A DNA stretch of 53,299 bases, from IMG/VR virus record IMGVR_UViG_3300045988_169898, one strand, 5' to 3'. How positions within the stretch are numbered: position 1 is the first letter of the stretch; each line of letters begins with the position of its first letter. Positions 8,885 to 15,879 of the stretch are shown here, one piece after another. The stretch is from a virus. The notes under the pieces are model-generated. The model was not told where the DNA came from, ran no database searches, and was given only the letters and a program-made list of their open reading frames with translations. Made by a program: the position numbers and the translations under genes.

Positions 8885-9994
8885 ATGTACGGAATAACTA
8901 ATGCACAACAACTCGCCAGCGGCGGTGGCGGAGGCGGCGGTGGCGGCGAACTCGATAAAATCTATGGCGTTGATTTAGTCGGTTCAGAAAACCCGTCAGC
9001 ACTCATAAGAACAAATGACGCCGTTGGCTTGAAAGTTACAGTCGGCACTCCGGAAATTACAAGTGACTTTGATAATTGCTATCCCTGGAGTGACATTAAA
9101 GAAATCACTGACTACTTTGGAAATGTTTTTATCAAGATACCTAAATTTTATAGCAAAATCACTAAAAACGCTGATGGAACTTACAGGCATCAACTGTCAG
9201 GAACGAAACACGAGGGCTTCGACACCTTGTTCAAGGTCGGCGCAAAAGAGATTGACTATGTAATGGTTGGGAAGTACGAAGGTAGCGGTTCAAGCGAAAG
9301 GGTTTACTCGAAATCGGGACAAACAGTGCTTGTGTCTCTCACGATGGATGCGTACCGTGCTGGATGTAAAGCGAACGGGTCAGGCTATCAACAATACGAC
9401 TTCTTGATTGACTTGATTATTAAAGAGTTGTGGATTGTCGAAATGGCAACGACGAACTGTCAATCAATTATGTATGGCTATTCTAATAATACTGATGATT
9501 CAGCCAATCCAATTAACACTGGCACAACTGATATTGTTACAGGGCCAACCGGCTCACCTATAAGCAATACCGATGGTCTTCACGCTTGCAAATACCGCGG
9601 TATAGAAAACCCGTGGGGTAATGCTTTCATTTGGTGCGACGGCATATCGTTTAGCGGCAATAAGGTGTATGTATGCACAGAGCCTGCGGATTATAGTACA
9701 GGCAAAATGACAGGTTCATATCTTTATTATGGTACTCGTCCGTCAAACGCCGGCTTTATAAAAACTGTTGCTCCACTTGCTGAAGGCTCGCTCATTCAAT
9801 ATGCTACCGAGGTCGGAGGGAGCGAGACAACTTATTACTGCGATCAAAGCTGGACAAATGGAGCTATTCTTAGCTGTGGTGGCAGTCACTTAAGCGGTTC
9901 GAAGTATGGCCTGTGGTGTTATGCAGGTTCCAGTAAAGTAGACGCATACTATAGGGACAGCGGTTGTCGTCTCTGTTATAAACCTGCATTTTAA
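8885..9994 (+). CDS. Receptor-binding-type protein with a Gly9 linker and an FGE/C-type-lectin-like C-terminal domain
   Basis: GGAG RBS. The Gly9 tract is encoded at 8921-8947. VGKYEGS..., AYRAGCKANGSGYQQYDFLIDLIIKELWIVE and the terminal CGGSHLSGSKYGLWCYAGSSKVDAYYRDSGCRLCYKP follow the FGE-sulfatase/CLec-fold pattern (YEVT.., ..AEWE.., GGSW....GFR). KYRGIENPWGNAFIWCDGI is common in fibre tips. Confidence 0.55.
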   Translation: MYGITNAQQLASGGGGGGGGGELDKIYGVDLVGSENPSALIRTNDAVGLKVTVGTPEITSDFDNCYPWSDIKEITDYFGNVFIKIPKFYSKITKNADGTYRHQLSGTKHEGFDTLFKVGAKEIDYVMVGKYEGSGSSERVYSKSGQTVLVSLTMDAYRAGCKANGSGYQQYDFLIDLIIKELWIVEMATTNCQSIMYGYSNNTDDSANPINTGTTDIVTGPTGSPISNTDGLHACKYRGIENPWGNAFIWCDGISFSGNKVYVCTEPADYSTGKMTGSYLYYGTRPSNAGFIKTVAPLAEGSLIQYATEVGGSETTYYCDQSWTNGAILSCGGSHLSGSKYGLWCYAGSSKVDAYYRDSGCRLCYKPAF

Positions 9995-10004
9995 TTTTCG
10001 GCGC

Positions 10005-10035
10005 ACCCGTCCGCTTTGTAGGCGGGTAAAATTTT
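10005..10035 (+). terminator. Candidate intrinsic terminator after the RBP gene
   Basis: A GC-rich stem ACCCG(T)CC / GGCGGGT (7 bp with a 1-nt bulge) has an 8-nt loop and is followed by AAAATTTT. The T-tract is not immediately adjacent to the stem. Confidence 0.35.
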
Positions 10036-10081
10036 ACTTGTCAGTAAACTAATACAAATTGCTAAGACTAAGGAGTAATCT

Positions 10082-10555
10082 ATGGAACTTAATATTAAAC
10101 TTATCGGAAACATCGGACGGTTGAACAAGCGAGAGCCGTTCATTTTGGCAGACAACGAAAAACTTGTCCTTAACTTTTCGTGTGCAACACCGCTGACGGA
10201 CTATTATATCGAACTCAAAAACGGCGACAAATCGGCAAAATACAGGCTTAACGCCGTATCTTCCTATGAAGTGCCGAACGAACTCTTACAGGCGGGTACT
10301 TTGGAAGTTACGGTCAGCCTTTTATACTGCGGTAAAATCGTCGTTACCTACACCGTCGAACCTATCTTAATTGCATTTATAGACAATGGATATAAGGTTT
10401 TTGCAGAACTTGAAGATATGAAAGCGAAATACGACGTTCTTATGGCGAACTACAAGGAAGTTGTGTCAAAGGTAAATCAAGTCATCGACACGGCGAATAA
10501 ACAGCAAGAAGATATACAAAAACTGTATAACGTTGTTGAACAAGGCGAATTCTAA
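10082..10555 (+). CDS. Hypothetical protein (fibre-associated?), C-terminal coiled coil
   Basis: 157 aa with AAGGAG 7 nt upstream. It follows the fibre/RBP genes. No motif recognised. Confidence 0.55.
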   Translation: MELNIKLIGNIGRLNKREPFILADNEKLVLNFSCATPLTDYYIELKNGDKSAKYRLNAVSSYEVPNELLQAGTLEVTVSLLYCGKIVVTYTVEPILIAFIDNGYKVFAELEDMKAKYDVLMANYKEVVSKVNQVIDTANKQQEDIQKLYNVVEQGEF

Positions 10556-10622
10556 GCGTGCTACCGCTCAAAAATCTAAATGCCCTCGTCGGGTAGCAAC
10601 GGCACGGGCAAAGGAGTAATTT

Positions 10623-11144
10623 ATGGTAACTTTATCACTTACGGCTGAACAAATCGACCAACTTCGCAACATCGCGGCAGTTGGCGGCAAATGGCTTATG
10701 GCGGCTTTCACCGCTCTCGGCGGCATTACGGGCATCGTGAAGATTATCACGACAATCGTAAGCAAAAAGAAACCCGTCAAACTTTCCAACTCGGACTATC
10801 AGGCAATTGCGAACGCTATCGTCGATAAGACCAACGGCAGTATTGAAATCAATATGTCGTCCGAAATCGACAAGGCAACGCGTAACAGACTTACGGAAGT
10901 CGAGAAAGTCAACGGCGAACTTGTCAAGGCTTGCAAACAACTTGTCAAGTCGCAAAAAGCAATCGCAAACGCTGTTTCGGACTTTAAGACTATATCTACG
11001 AGTGCAAGGGACGAACTCAAAGCAAGTATGAATGACCTTGCGGACGGCGAAAACGGGCTTGTGGCGGTCGAAACACCGAAAGTCGATAAACCTATCGTCA
11101 AAATAGAAAAAGTGGCAGAAAACGAAAATACGCCCTTGTATTAA
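10623..11144 (+). CDS. Membrane-anchored coiled-coil protein
   Basis: 173 aa with an AAGGAG RBS. An N-terminal hydrophobic helix (WLMAAFTALGGITGIVKIITTIV) is followed by a charged helical region. The long antisense ORF 10635-11261 has no RBS and was rejected. Confidence 0.6.
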   Translation: MVTLSLTAEQIDQLRNIAAVGGKWLMAAFTALGGITGIVKIITTIVSKKKPVKLSNSDYQAIANAIVDKTNGSIEINMSSEIDKATRNRLTEVEKVNGELVKACKQLVKSQKAIANAVSDFKTISTSARDELKASMNDLADGENGLVAVETPKVDKPIVKIEKVAENENTPLY

Positions 11145-11156
11145 GGGGGTGAGAGT

Positions 11157-11663
11157 ATGAAACGAAACCCGAAAACCATAATGTCGGCAATTATGGAGTA
11201 CATTGTGCTTATTGCGCCGACTGCGGGATATGCTATTTATTCGTACACGGACACTCTGCAATACACGATGAGCGCGAACTCAAAAGGCTTCTTTTGGACA
11301 CTTATCAGCCTTGCTATTCTTTGTGCGATAATCTACGGCATTTTTAAGTCAAGGTATGACGAGTATCTTAAAGGCTATTACCAACACAAAGCGGACTTGA
11401 AAGTCGCGGATAACCCGTCGGAACTGTTAGTCAAGACCGTTGCGAAAGAAGAAAAGGTTGTATCTAACATAACCTACATACCGATTATGTTCTATCTTTT
11501 AATGGCGTTGGCTGTACTCTCGGCATTCCGCGATGCGATTGAAAAGTTGGAACTCATTATCGAAATCATTGCAGCGAGCGTGTTTGGCAAAATGTGCCTG
11601 CATTGTCTTACCGTTCATTTGCGAGAAGTTGCGACTATCAAAAAGGACGGTGAAACCGAATGA
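11157..11663 (+). CDS. Multi-pass membrane protein (holin-like candidate)
   Basis: 168 aa with about 4 hydrophobic helices (e.g. IVLIAPTAGYAIY, FFWTLISLAILCAIIYGIF, ITYIPIMFYLLMALAVLSAF). An ATGA overlap couples it to the next ORF. Confidence 0.55.
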   Translation: MKRNPKTIMSAIMEYIVLIAPTAGYAIYSYTDTLQYTMSANSKGFFWTLISLAILCAIIYGIFKSRYDEYLKGYYQHKADLKVADNPSELLVKTVAKEEKVVSNITYIPIMFYLLMALAVLSAFRDAIEKLELIIEIIAASVFGKMCLHCLTVHLREVATIKKDGETE

Positions 11664-12709
11664 GTAGCGAACGAAAGAGAGTTATACTTGTCGGCAGTCG
11701 AATAACCATTAACGCGGCAATATCGTTGTGTATCACGGCGGCGTTGATTTTGTCGAGTTTCTTTATCTTCAAAGGTATCGAAACGCATGTATCGGGAAAA
11801 GACTTCTGGATACAAAAATCGGTTATGGCGGTCGCTACGTTCTTGTTGATGTTCTCCATTGCGAACGTAACCGAAAACATATTGTTTGCCAAAGACAAGG
11901 ATATAAACGACCGACTGAACGCATTAGACATGCATTATCAGACCATAATGGCGAACTATGAAACCGCCGACCTTGAAACCTACATCGAGAACTTGAATAA
12001 AGCGAACAAGTATAAGAATTATATCCACAAGTGGAAAAAGAGATTACGTTTTGCAAGTCGCTTTAAGAAGTGGGGAACTCCGAAAAGGCTTGAACGCATA
12101 AACAAGGCGTTGACCGTTACGGCAGAAGAACTGTGGGAGAGCGGACGAAAGGTCAAGTATCATCGGATAACTTTCAGCCAAATGGTGAGCGGTGCGAACG
12201 ATGTATCACCGAACGACGATGAGAGCGATTTAAGGTCGCACAAAGCCCGCTACGGCGCACAAAAATTCGGTTGGAAGATTATATCACTCGTTGCGTTTGG
12301 CGCGTTCTCGGGGCAATTATTGTACTCGTGGCAAGACTTTAACAAGGGTATGATTATCCCACTGATTTTTCAGTGCGTAACGATTTTAATCTCTATCTAC
12401 TCGGGAATATGTTTCGGGTGCGCGATGAACGAGAGAACGAAACAGACCTTAAAACGCAAGTTAAAGATTTTCTCGCAATTCAGGTACAAGATGAACAACA
12501 AAGTCAACGGCGTTGCGAACTTGGGCGTGGAAGTAATCAAAGACCTTGAAGTTGAACGAGCGAAAGAAAAGTCCAACAATCCTGTTAAGCGAACTTTCGA
12601 TGATACTTTCGGTAATGGACAACCTGTAAAGGCTGGTGCATTTGTCGGAAAACTCATATCTTCTACGATTGATATTGAAGCCGAGAAAATGGCAAGTTCG
12701 CAACAGTAA
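11660..12709 (+). CDS. Membrane protein, 4 predicted TM helices with a large soluble loop
   Basis: 349 aa. There are two N-terminal and two central hydrophobic helices (AAISLCITAALILSSFFIF, VMAVATFLLMFSIANV, IISLVAFGAFSGQLLY, IIPLIFQCVTILISIYSGICFGCA). Function unknown. Confidence 0.55.
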   Translation: MSSERKRVILVGSRITINAAISLCITAALILSSFFIFKGIETHVSGKDFWIQKSVMAVATFLLMFSIANVTENILFAKDKDINDRLNALDMHYQTIMANYETADLETYIENLNKANKYKNYIHKWKKRLRFASRFKKWGTPKRLERINKALTVTAEELWESGRKVKYHRITFSQMVSGANDVSPNDDESDLRSHKARYGAQKFGWKIISLVAFGAFSGQLLYSWQDFNKGMIIPLIFQCVTILISIYSGICFGCAMNERTKQTLKRKLKIFSQFRYKMNNKVNGVANLGVEVIKDLEVERAKEKSNNPVKRTFDDTFGNGQPVKAGAFVGKLISSTIDIEAEKMASSQQ

Positions 12710-12743
12710 TACCTACGAATTATGTAATAATTACATTTTTCTC

Positions 12744-12766
12744 TATATATAATATAATGATATAAC
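12744..12766 (+). promoter_or_regulatory. Promoter-like motif ATAATGATAT (copy 2 of 3), upstream of the scaffold/capsid operon
   Basis: TATATATAATATAATGATATAAC has its core at 12754-12763. It lies in the 115-nt gap before 12825 and is preceded by the palindrome ATGTAATAATTACAT (12729-12743). Confidence 0.4.
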
Positions 12767-12824
12767 AACGGCTGCAAAACGGGTGATGTCCGAAACTCGC
12801 CTAAAAACATCATAGGAGGCAATT

Positions 12825-13574
12825 ATGCCGGGAATTGATGGCGTTAACGAATTTACTATTGCAGAACTTGAGCAATTGTTTGATAGTGAATTTGAACAGG
12901 TACCGCCACCTGTAGAGGAAAAAACAGATGCTCAAGGTGCCGATGACGACAAGAAAGAACAGAACGTTCCTACTGACGACATTGACAAGACAAAGGCTTT
13001 TGCTAAACGTTTGAAGGAGTCAACTGATAAGGTTAGACAAGAAGAGCGAGAAGCAATTGCGAAATCTTTGGGTTACGAGTCTTATGAAAAACTTGTAAAA
13101 GAAAATGAGACAAAGAAACTCGAAGAAAAGGGAATTGACCCACAGCAAGGTTCCGAAGTCATTGACGAACTCGTTAGACAACGTATTGAGGCTGACCCGA
13201 GAATTAAAGAGTTAGAGGAATACAGAAAACAACGAGTAAAGGAATTTGGAGAAAGAGAACTTGCAGAAATCAGTAAACTTACCAACGGGGAAATAACTAG
13301 CTTGGCTCAGTTACCAAAGGAAGTTATTGATTTATGGAAAACGAAAGGTTCACTGAAATCTGCCTACCTTGAATTGGAAGGAGAAAAACTTATTAACAAA
13401 ATAAGAAGTGAACAGAGTAAGGGTTCCACGGACCATTTAGCAAATCCGAGCGGTAGCACTCCTCCTCCGAGTAACAAACGTCCATTAAATGACAAAGAAA
13501 AGGCAATCTGGCGACAGTTCAATCCTCATATAACTGACGATGAGTTAAATTCAAAATTCGTAGAAAATAATTAA
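12825..13574 (+). CDS. Scaffolding protein (putative)
   Basis: 249 aa with a GGAGG RBS. It is highly charged and helical (E/K-rich, e.g. EKLVKENETKKLEEKG, KELEEYRKQRVKEFGERELAE). It lies two genes upstream of the capsid gene. Confidence 0.55.
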   Translation: MPGIDGVNEFTIAELEQLFDSEFEQVPPPVEEKTDAQGADDDKKEQNVPTDDIDKTKAFAKRLKESTDKVRQEEREAIAKSLGYESYEKLVKENETKKLEEKGIDPQQGSEVIDELVRQRIEADPRIKELEEYRKQRVKEFGERELAEISKLTNGEITSLAQLPKEVIDLWKTKGSLKSAYLELEGEKLINKIRSEQSKGSTDHLANPSGSTPPPSNKRPLNDKEKAIWRQFNPHITDDELNSKFVENN

Positions 13575-13586
13575 AGGAGATACAAA

Positions 13587-13949
13587 ATGTTTAAAGCAAG
13601 TTTTAAGACTGCCTACTTACAGAGAGAAGTTCCTATGACTGTTGCAGTCGTCGGAGATAAACCTCTTGTAGTAGGCGAAATGGTAACTCTTACAGCAGCT
13701 TCTGGAGCCATTCCTGCTTCGATTAAATCGGCAGCTACGGTTGCAGCAGCAACTCACATCATTGCACAATCGGATATGACTATGGAATACGGACACGTTC
13801 CCGTTGAAAATAGGGATTACAAGTATAGCGATGAAGTAGCAGCAACTATTGCGGCGGCTGGACCCGTAGCAGCAAGCACTCCTACTAAAAAAGTTGCGTT
13901 ATTTGCAATCACTGACAAAGACGATTTGATTGTTAAAACGGTAGCATAG
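13587..13949 (+). CDS. Small Ala-rich head protein (decoration/cement-like candidate)
   Basis: 120 aa with an AAGGAG RBS, sitting between scaffold and capsid. The pattern VGEMVTLTAASGAIPAS...THIIAQSD resembles DUF2190-type decoration proteins. This is a weak, pattern-only call. Confidence 0.4.
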   Translation: MFKASFKTAYLQREVPMTVAVVGDKPLVVGEMVTLTAASGAIPASIKSAATVAAATHIIAQSDMTMEYGHVPVENRDYKYSDEVAATIAAAGPVAASTPTKKVALFAITDKDDLIVKTVA

Positions 13950-13962
13950 GAGGTAAACATAA

Positions 13963-15171
13963 ATGGGAATGATTATTAACATTGACGAAGCTCTTAAACT
14001 TCGTTCCGATTACAATATTTTGAAAGAGCCGCTTCACGCGATGATGAGAAATCAGCAAGAAGCGTGGGAAAGAGAAAACCCGATTGACTTTATTTTCAGT
14101 AGAGGTTCACTCGGTAGTTTCCAAGAAACCTATACTTCGAGCATCGGTTTTGACCACGCATTTGCCGAAACGGCTGACTATTCGGTAGGTCCTATCTTTA
14201 ATACGGCTGAAGGTTTTTCGGCAACGTATAGAACCAGGACTTTCCAGGGTGGTTTCATTATTTCGCAGCAAGTTCTTGAAGACGGTCAGGTCAGGCGAGT
14301 CAAAGACGATGCGTCGGCGTTCATTAAGAGGTGGCACGGTGACATCGTCGAATACGCAATTGCATCTCTTGCAGGTGGCTTCGGCGAAGATTACTACTGG
14401 GAGAACGGCGATGGTAAATCCAGACTTCGTTTGAACTCTGCTGATACCGTTGACGGTGACATTATGAACAGCACGAAGAACCCGTTGTTCACTAATGCTC
14501 ACAAAACGGTTAAACGAGATGGTGGTACTCCGATTACTCAGTCGAACCTGTTCTATGTTGACACGGCAGACCTGAAAATCGGTGGCGAAGATGCAGGACA
14601 GATTTCCAAACTTGCAGACGTTATAAACCAAGTCATTACTACGATGGAAAACTATCGTGATGACAACGGTAAACGTGCAGGTGTCCTTGGTGCAAAAACT
14701 ATCGTTGCAGGTAATGATGCTCACCTCAAAGCAGCTCTTGAAACGGCTGTATCAACCGACGTATTTATGCAAGGTGAGACGAAATTCCCCAACCCTGCAA
14801 AATCTCGTGCTACGGTTAAGACTTCTCCTTACTATCTTGACATTGATATGTGTAAAGATGGAAACGGTTTCTTTATTGTAGATAAGGCATATAACGAGGA
14901 AAACCACGGCCTTGAACTTACTGAACGTATTCCGTTTACACTCGATGCATTTGAAAAGAGAGAAGCTCCGAGAGGAATTAAATACGAAGGACGTCAAAGG
15001 TTTGATATTAACTGTGCGAGCTGGAGAGGTATCGCTTATGTAAGACTTGGAACACCTGGTAACAACAGCGGCTGGGATAAAGTAGGAAACTACACCAGAA
15101 TTACTCCGACCTCGACCATTGTCAGACCGGTCAGCATTGTCGGTACTGTTTCAACCAAAGCATCAACCTAA
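13963..15171 (+). CDS. Major capsid protein (putative)
   Basis: 402 aa with a strong TAGGAGGT RBS, downstream of the scaffold-like gene. A perfect 13-bp hairpin follows, the usual arrangement for a highly expressed capsid gene. No motif-level proof of fold. Confidence 0.7.
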   Translation: MGMIINIDEALKLRSDYNILKEPLHAMMRNQQEAWERENPIDFIFSRGSLGSFQETYTSSIGFDHAFAETADYSVGPIFNTAEGFSATYRTRTFQGGFIISQQVLEDGQVRRVKDDASAFIKRWHGDIVEYAIASLAGGFGEDYYWENGDGKSRLRLNSADTVDGDIMNSTKNPLFTNAHKTVKRDGGTPITQSNLFYVDTADLKIGGEDAGQISKLADVINQVITTMENYRDDNGKRAGVLGAKTIVAGNDAHLKAALETAVSTDVFMQGETKFPNPAKSRATVKTSPYYLDIDMCKDGNGFFIVDKAYNEENHGLELTERIPFTLDAFEKREAPRGIKYEGRQRFDINCASWRGIAYVRLGTPGNNSGWDKVGNYTRITPTSTIVRPVSIVGTVSTKAST

Positions 15172-15184
15172 CTAAATTAAATCA

Positions 15185-15219
15185 ACTTACTGCTACATAT
15201 CTTCTGTGTAGCAGTAAGT
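15185..15219 (+). terminator. Strong hairpin after the capsid gene (terminator/attenuator)
   Basis: ACTTACTGCTACA (15185-15197) pairs perfectly with TGTAGCAGTAAGT (15207-15219) around a 9-nt loop. Only a weak T-rich tail (ATTAT) follows. Confidence 0.6.
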
Positions 15220-15224
15220 ATTAT

Positions 15225-15265
15225 CACAATAATGGTATTAGCCGGTTCGACTCCGGCAATTGTGG
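15225..15265 (+). ncRNA. tRNA-like acceptor/T-arm minihelix (not a full tRNA)
   Basis: The canonical T-arm GCCGG-TTCGACT-CCGGC (15241-15257) is flanked by CACAATA (15225-15231) and AATTGTG (15258-15264), which pair at 6 of 7 positions. A 9-nt linker replaces the D and anticodon arms. The 3' end abuts the GGAGG RBS of the 15274 gene. Confidence 0.4.
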
Positions 15266-15273
15266 AGGTAAAT

Positions 15274-15879
15274 ATGGCGTACACCTGGGGATACATTAAA
15301 GATGTAAGTTTATCAAAGTTAGATTTAGACGAAAACGAAGCGACTGTGCAAAATTTGCTCAGTCGATTTCCATTTTATGCAAATGAAGTAATTACACAAG
15401 TATGTTCTTCGATAAAGCCTAAATATACATTTGAAAACTTTGTAATCGACAAAACAAACGTCGGGATTAAGCAAACAATGCCCGACGATTTTGTAAGTTT
15501 CGGGGACGATGTTTGCTATATGTTGGAAGAGGTTCGTGAACGTAACGGTGAAACAAGACTTATTAAAGTACCTATTCACGATGACGACTATGAGTATTTA
15601 GGTTACAATCAAGTAGTATTTAAGCATCCTGGAAATTATTTTATTTCATACAATGCAAGATGGTATACATTTGACAAGAGTTTGTCTGACGACGAATTGA
15701 TAGATGTTCCGGACGATATTCTTGATAGTATACCGTCATACATTGCAAGTCAATGTTACAAAATTGACGACGAGTATAAAGCATCTGTATTTAGAAACGA
15801 ATACGAAATAATGCTTTCAAGAATAGACAATAGTAACTTTAGGAATACTAAAACTATTAAGATTGAAGGAGACTGGTAA
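15274..15879 (+). CDS. Hypothetical virion protein (head-tail joining candidate)
   Basis: The ATG at 15274 has GGAGG 6 nt upstream, whereas the ORF-track start at 15232 has no RBS and would read through the T-arm-like element. A TAATG overlap couples it to the next ORF. Confidence 0.55.
   Translation: MAYTWGYIKDVSLSKLDLDENEATVQNLLSRFPFYANEVITQVCSSIKPKYTFENFVIDKTNVGIKQTMPDDFVSFGDDVCYMLEEVRERNGETRLIKVPIHDDDYEYLGYNQVVFKHPGNYFISYNARWYTFDKSLSDDELIDVPDDILDSIPSYIASQCYKIDDEYKASVFRNEYEIMLSRIDNSNFRNTKTIKIEGDW

Noticed and set aside
9840-9994. Diversity-generating retroelement targeting the CLec-like C terminus of the RBP
   Set aside because: No ORF in the window has reverse-transcriptase motifs (no YxDD-containing 300-400-aa ORF). 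I saw no second, A-mismatched copy of this segment. Only 87 nt of non-coding DNA follow the gene.
10635-11261. 208-aa minus-strand ORF antisense to the 10623-11144 and 11157 genes
   Set aside because: It has no RBS and spans two plus-strand genes that both have AAGGAG sites. Its R/C/F-rich composition marks it as a shadow ORF in a GC-richer block.
15232-15273. ORF-track start codon at 15232 for the 215-aa ORF
   Set aside because: It has no RBS, and its N terminus would be translated from the T-arm-like element. The ATG at 15274 has GGAGG at ideal spacing.
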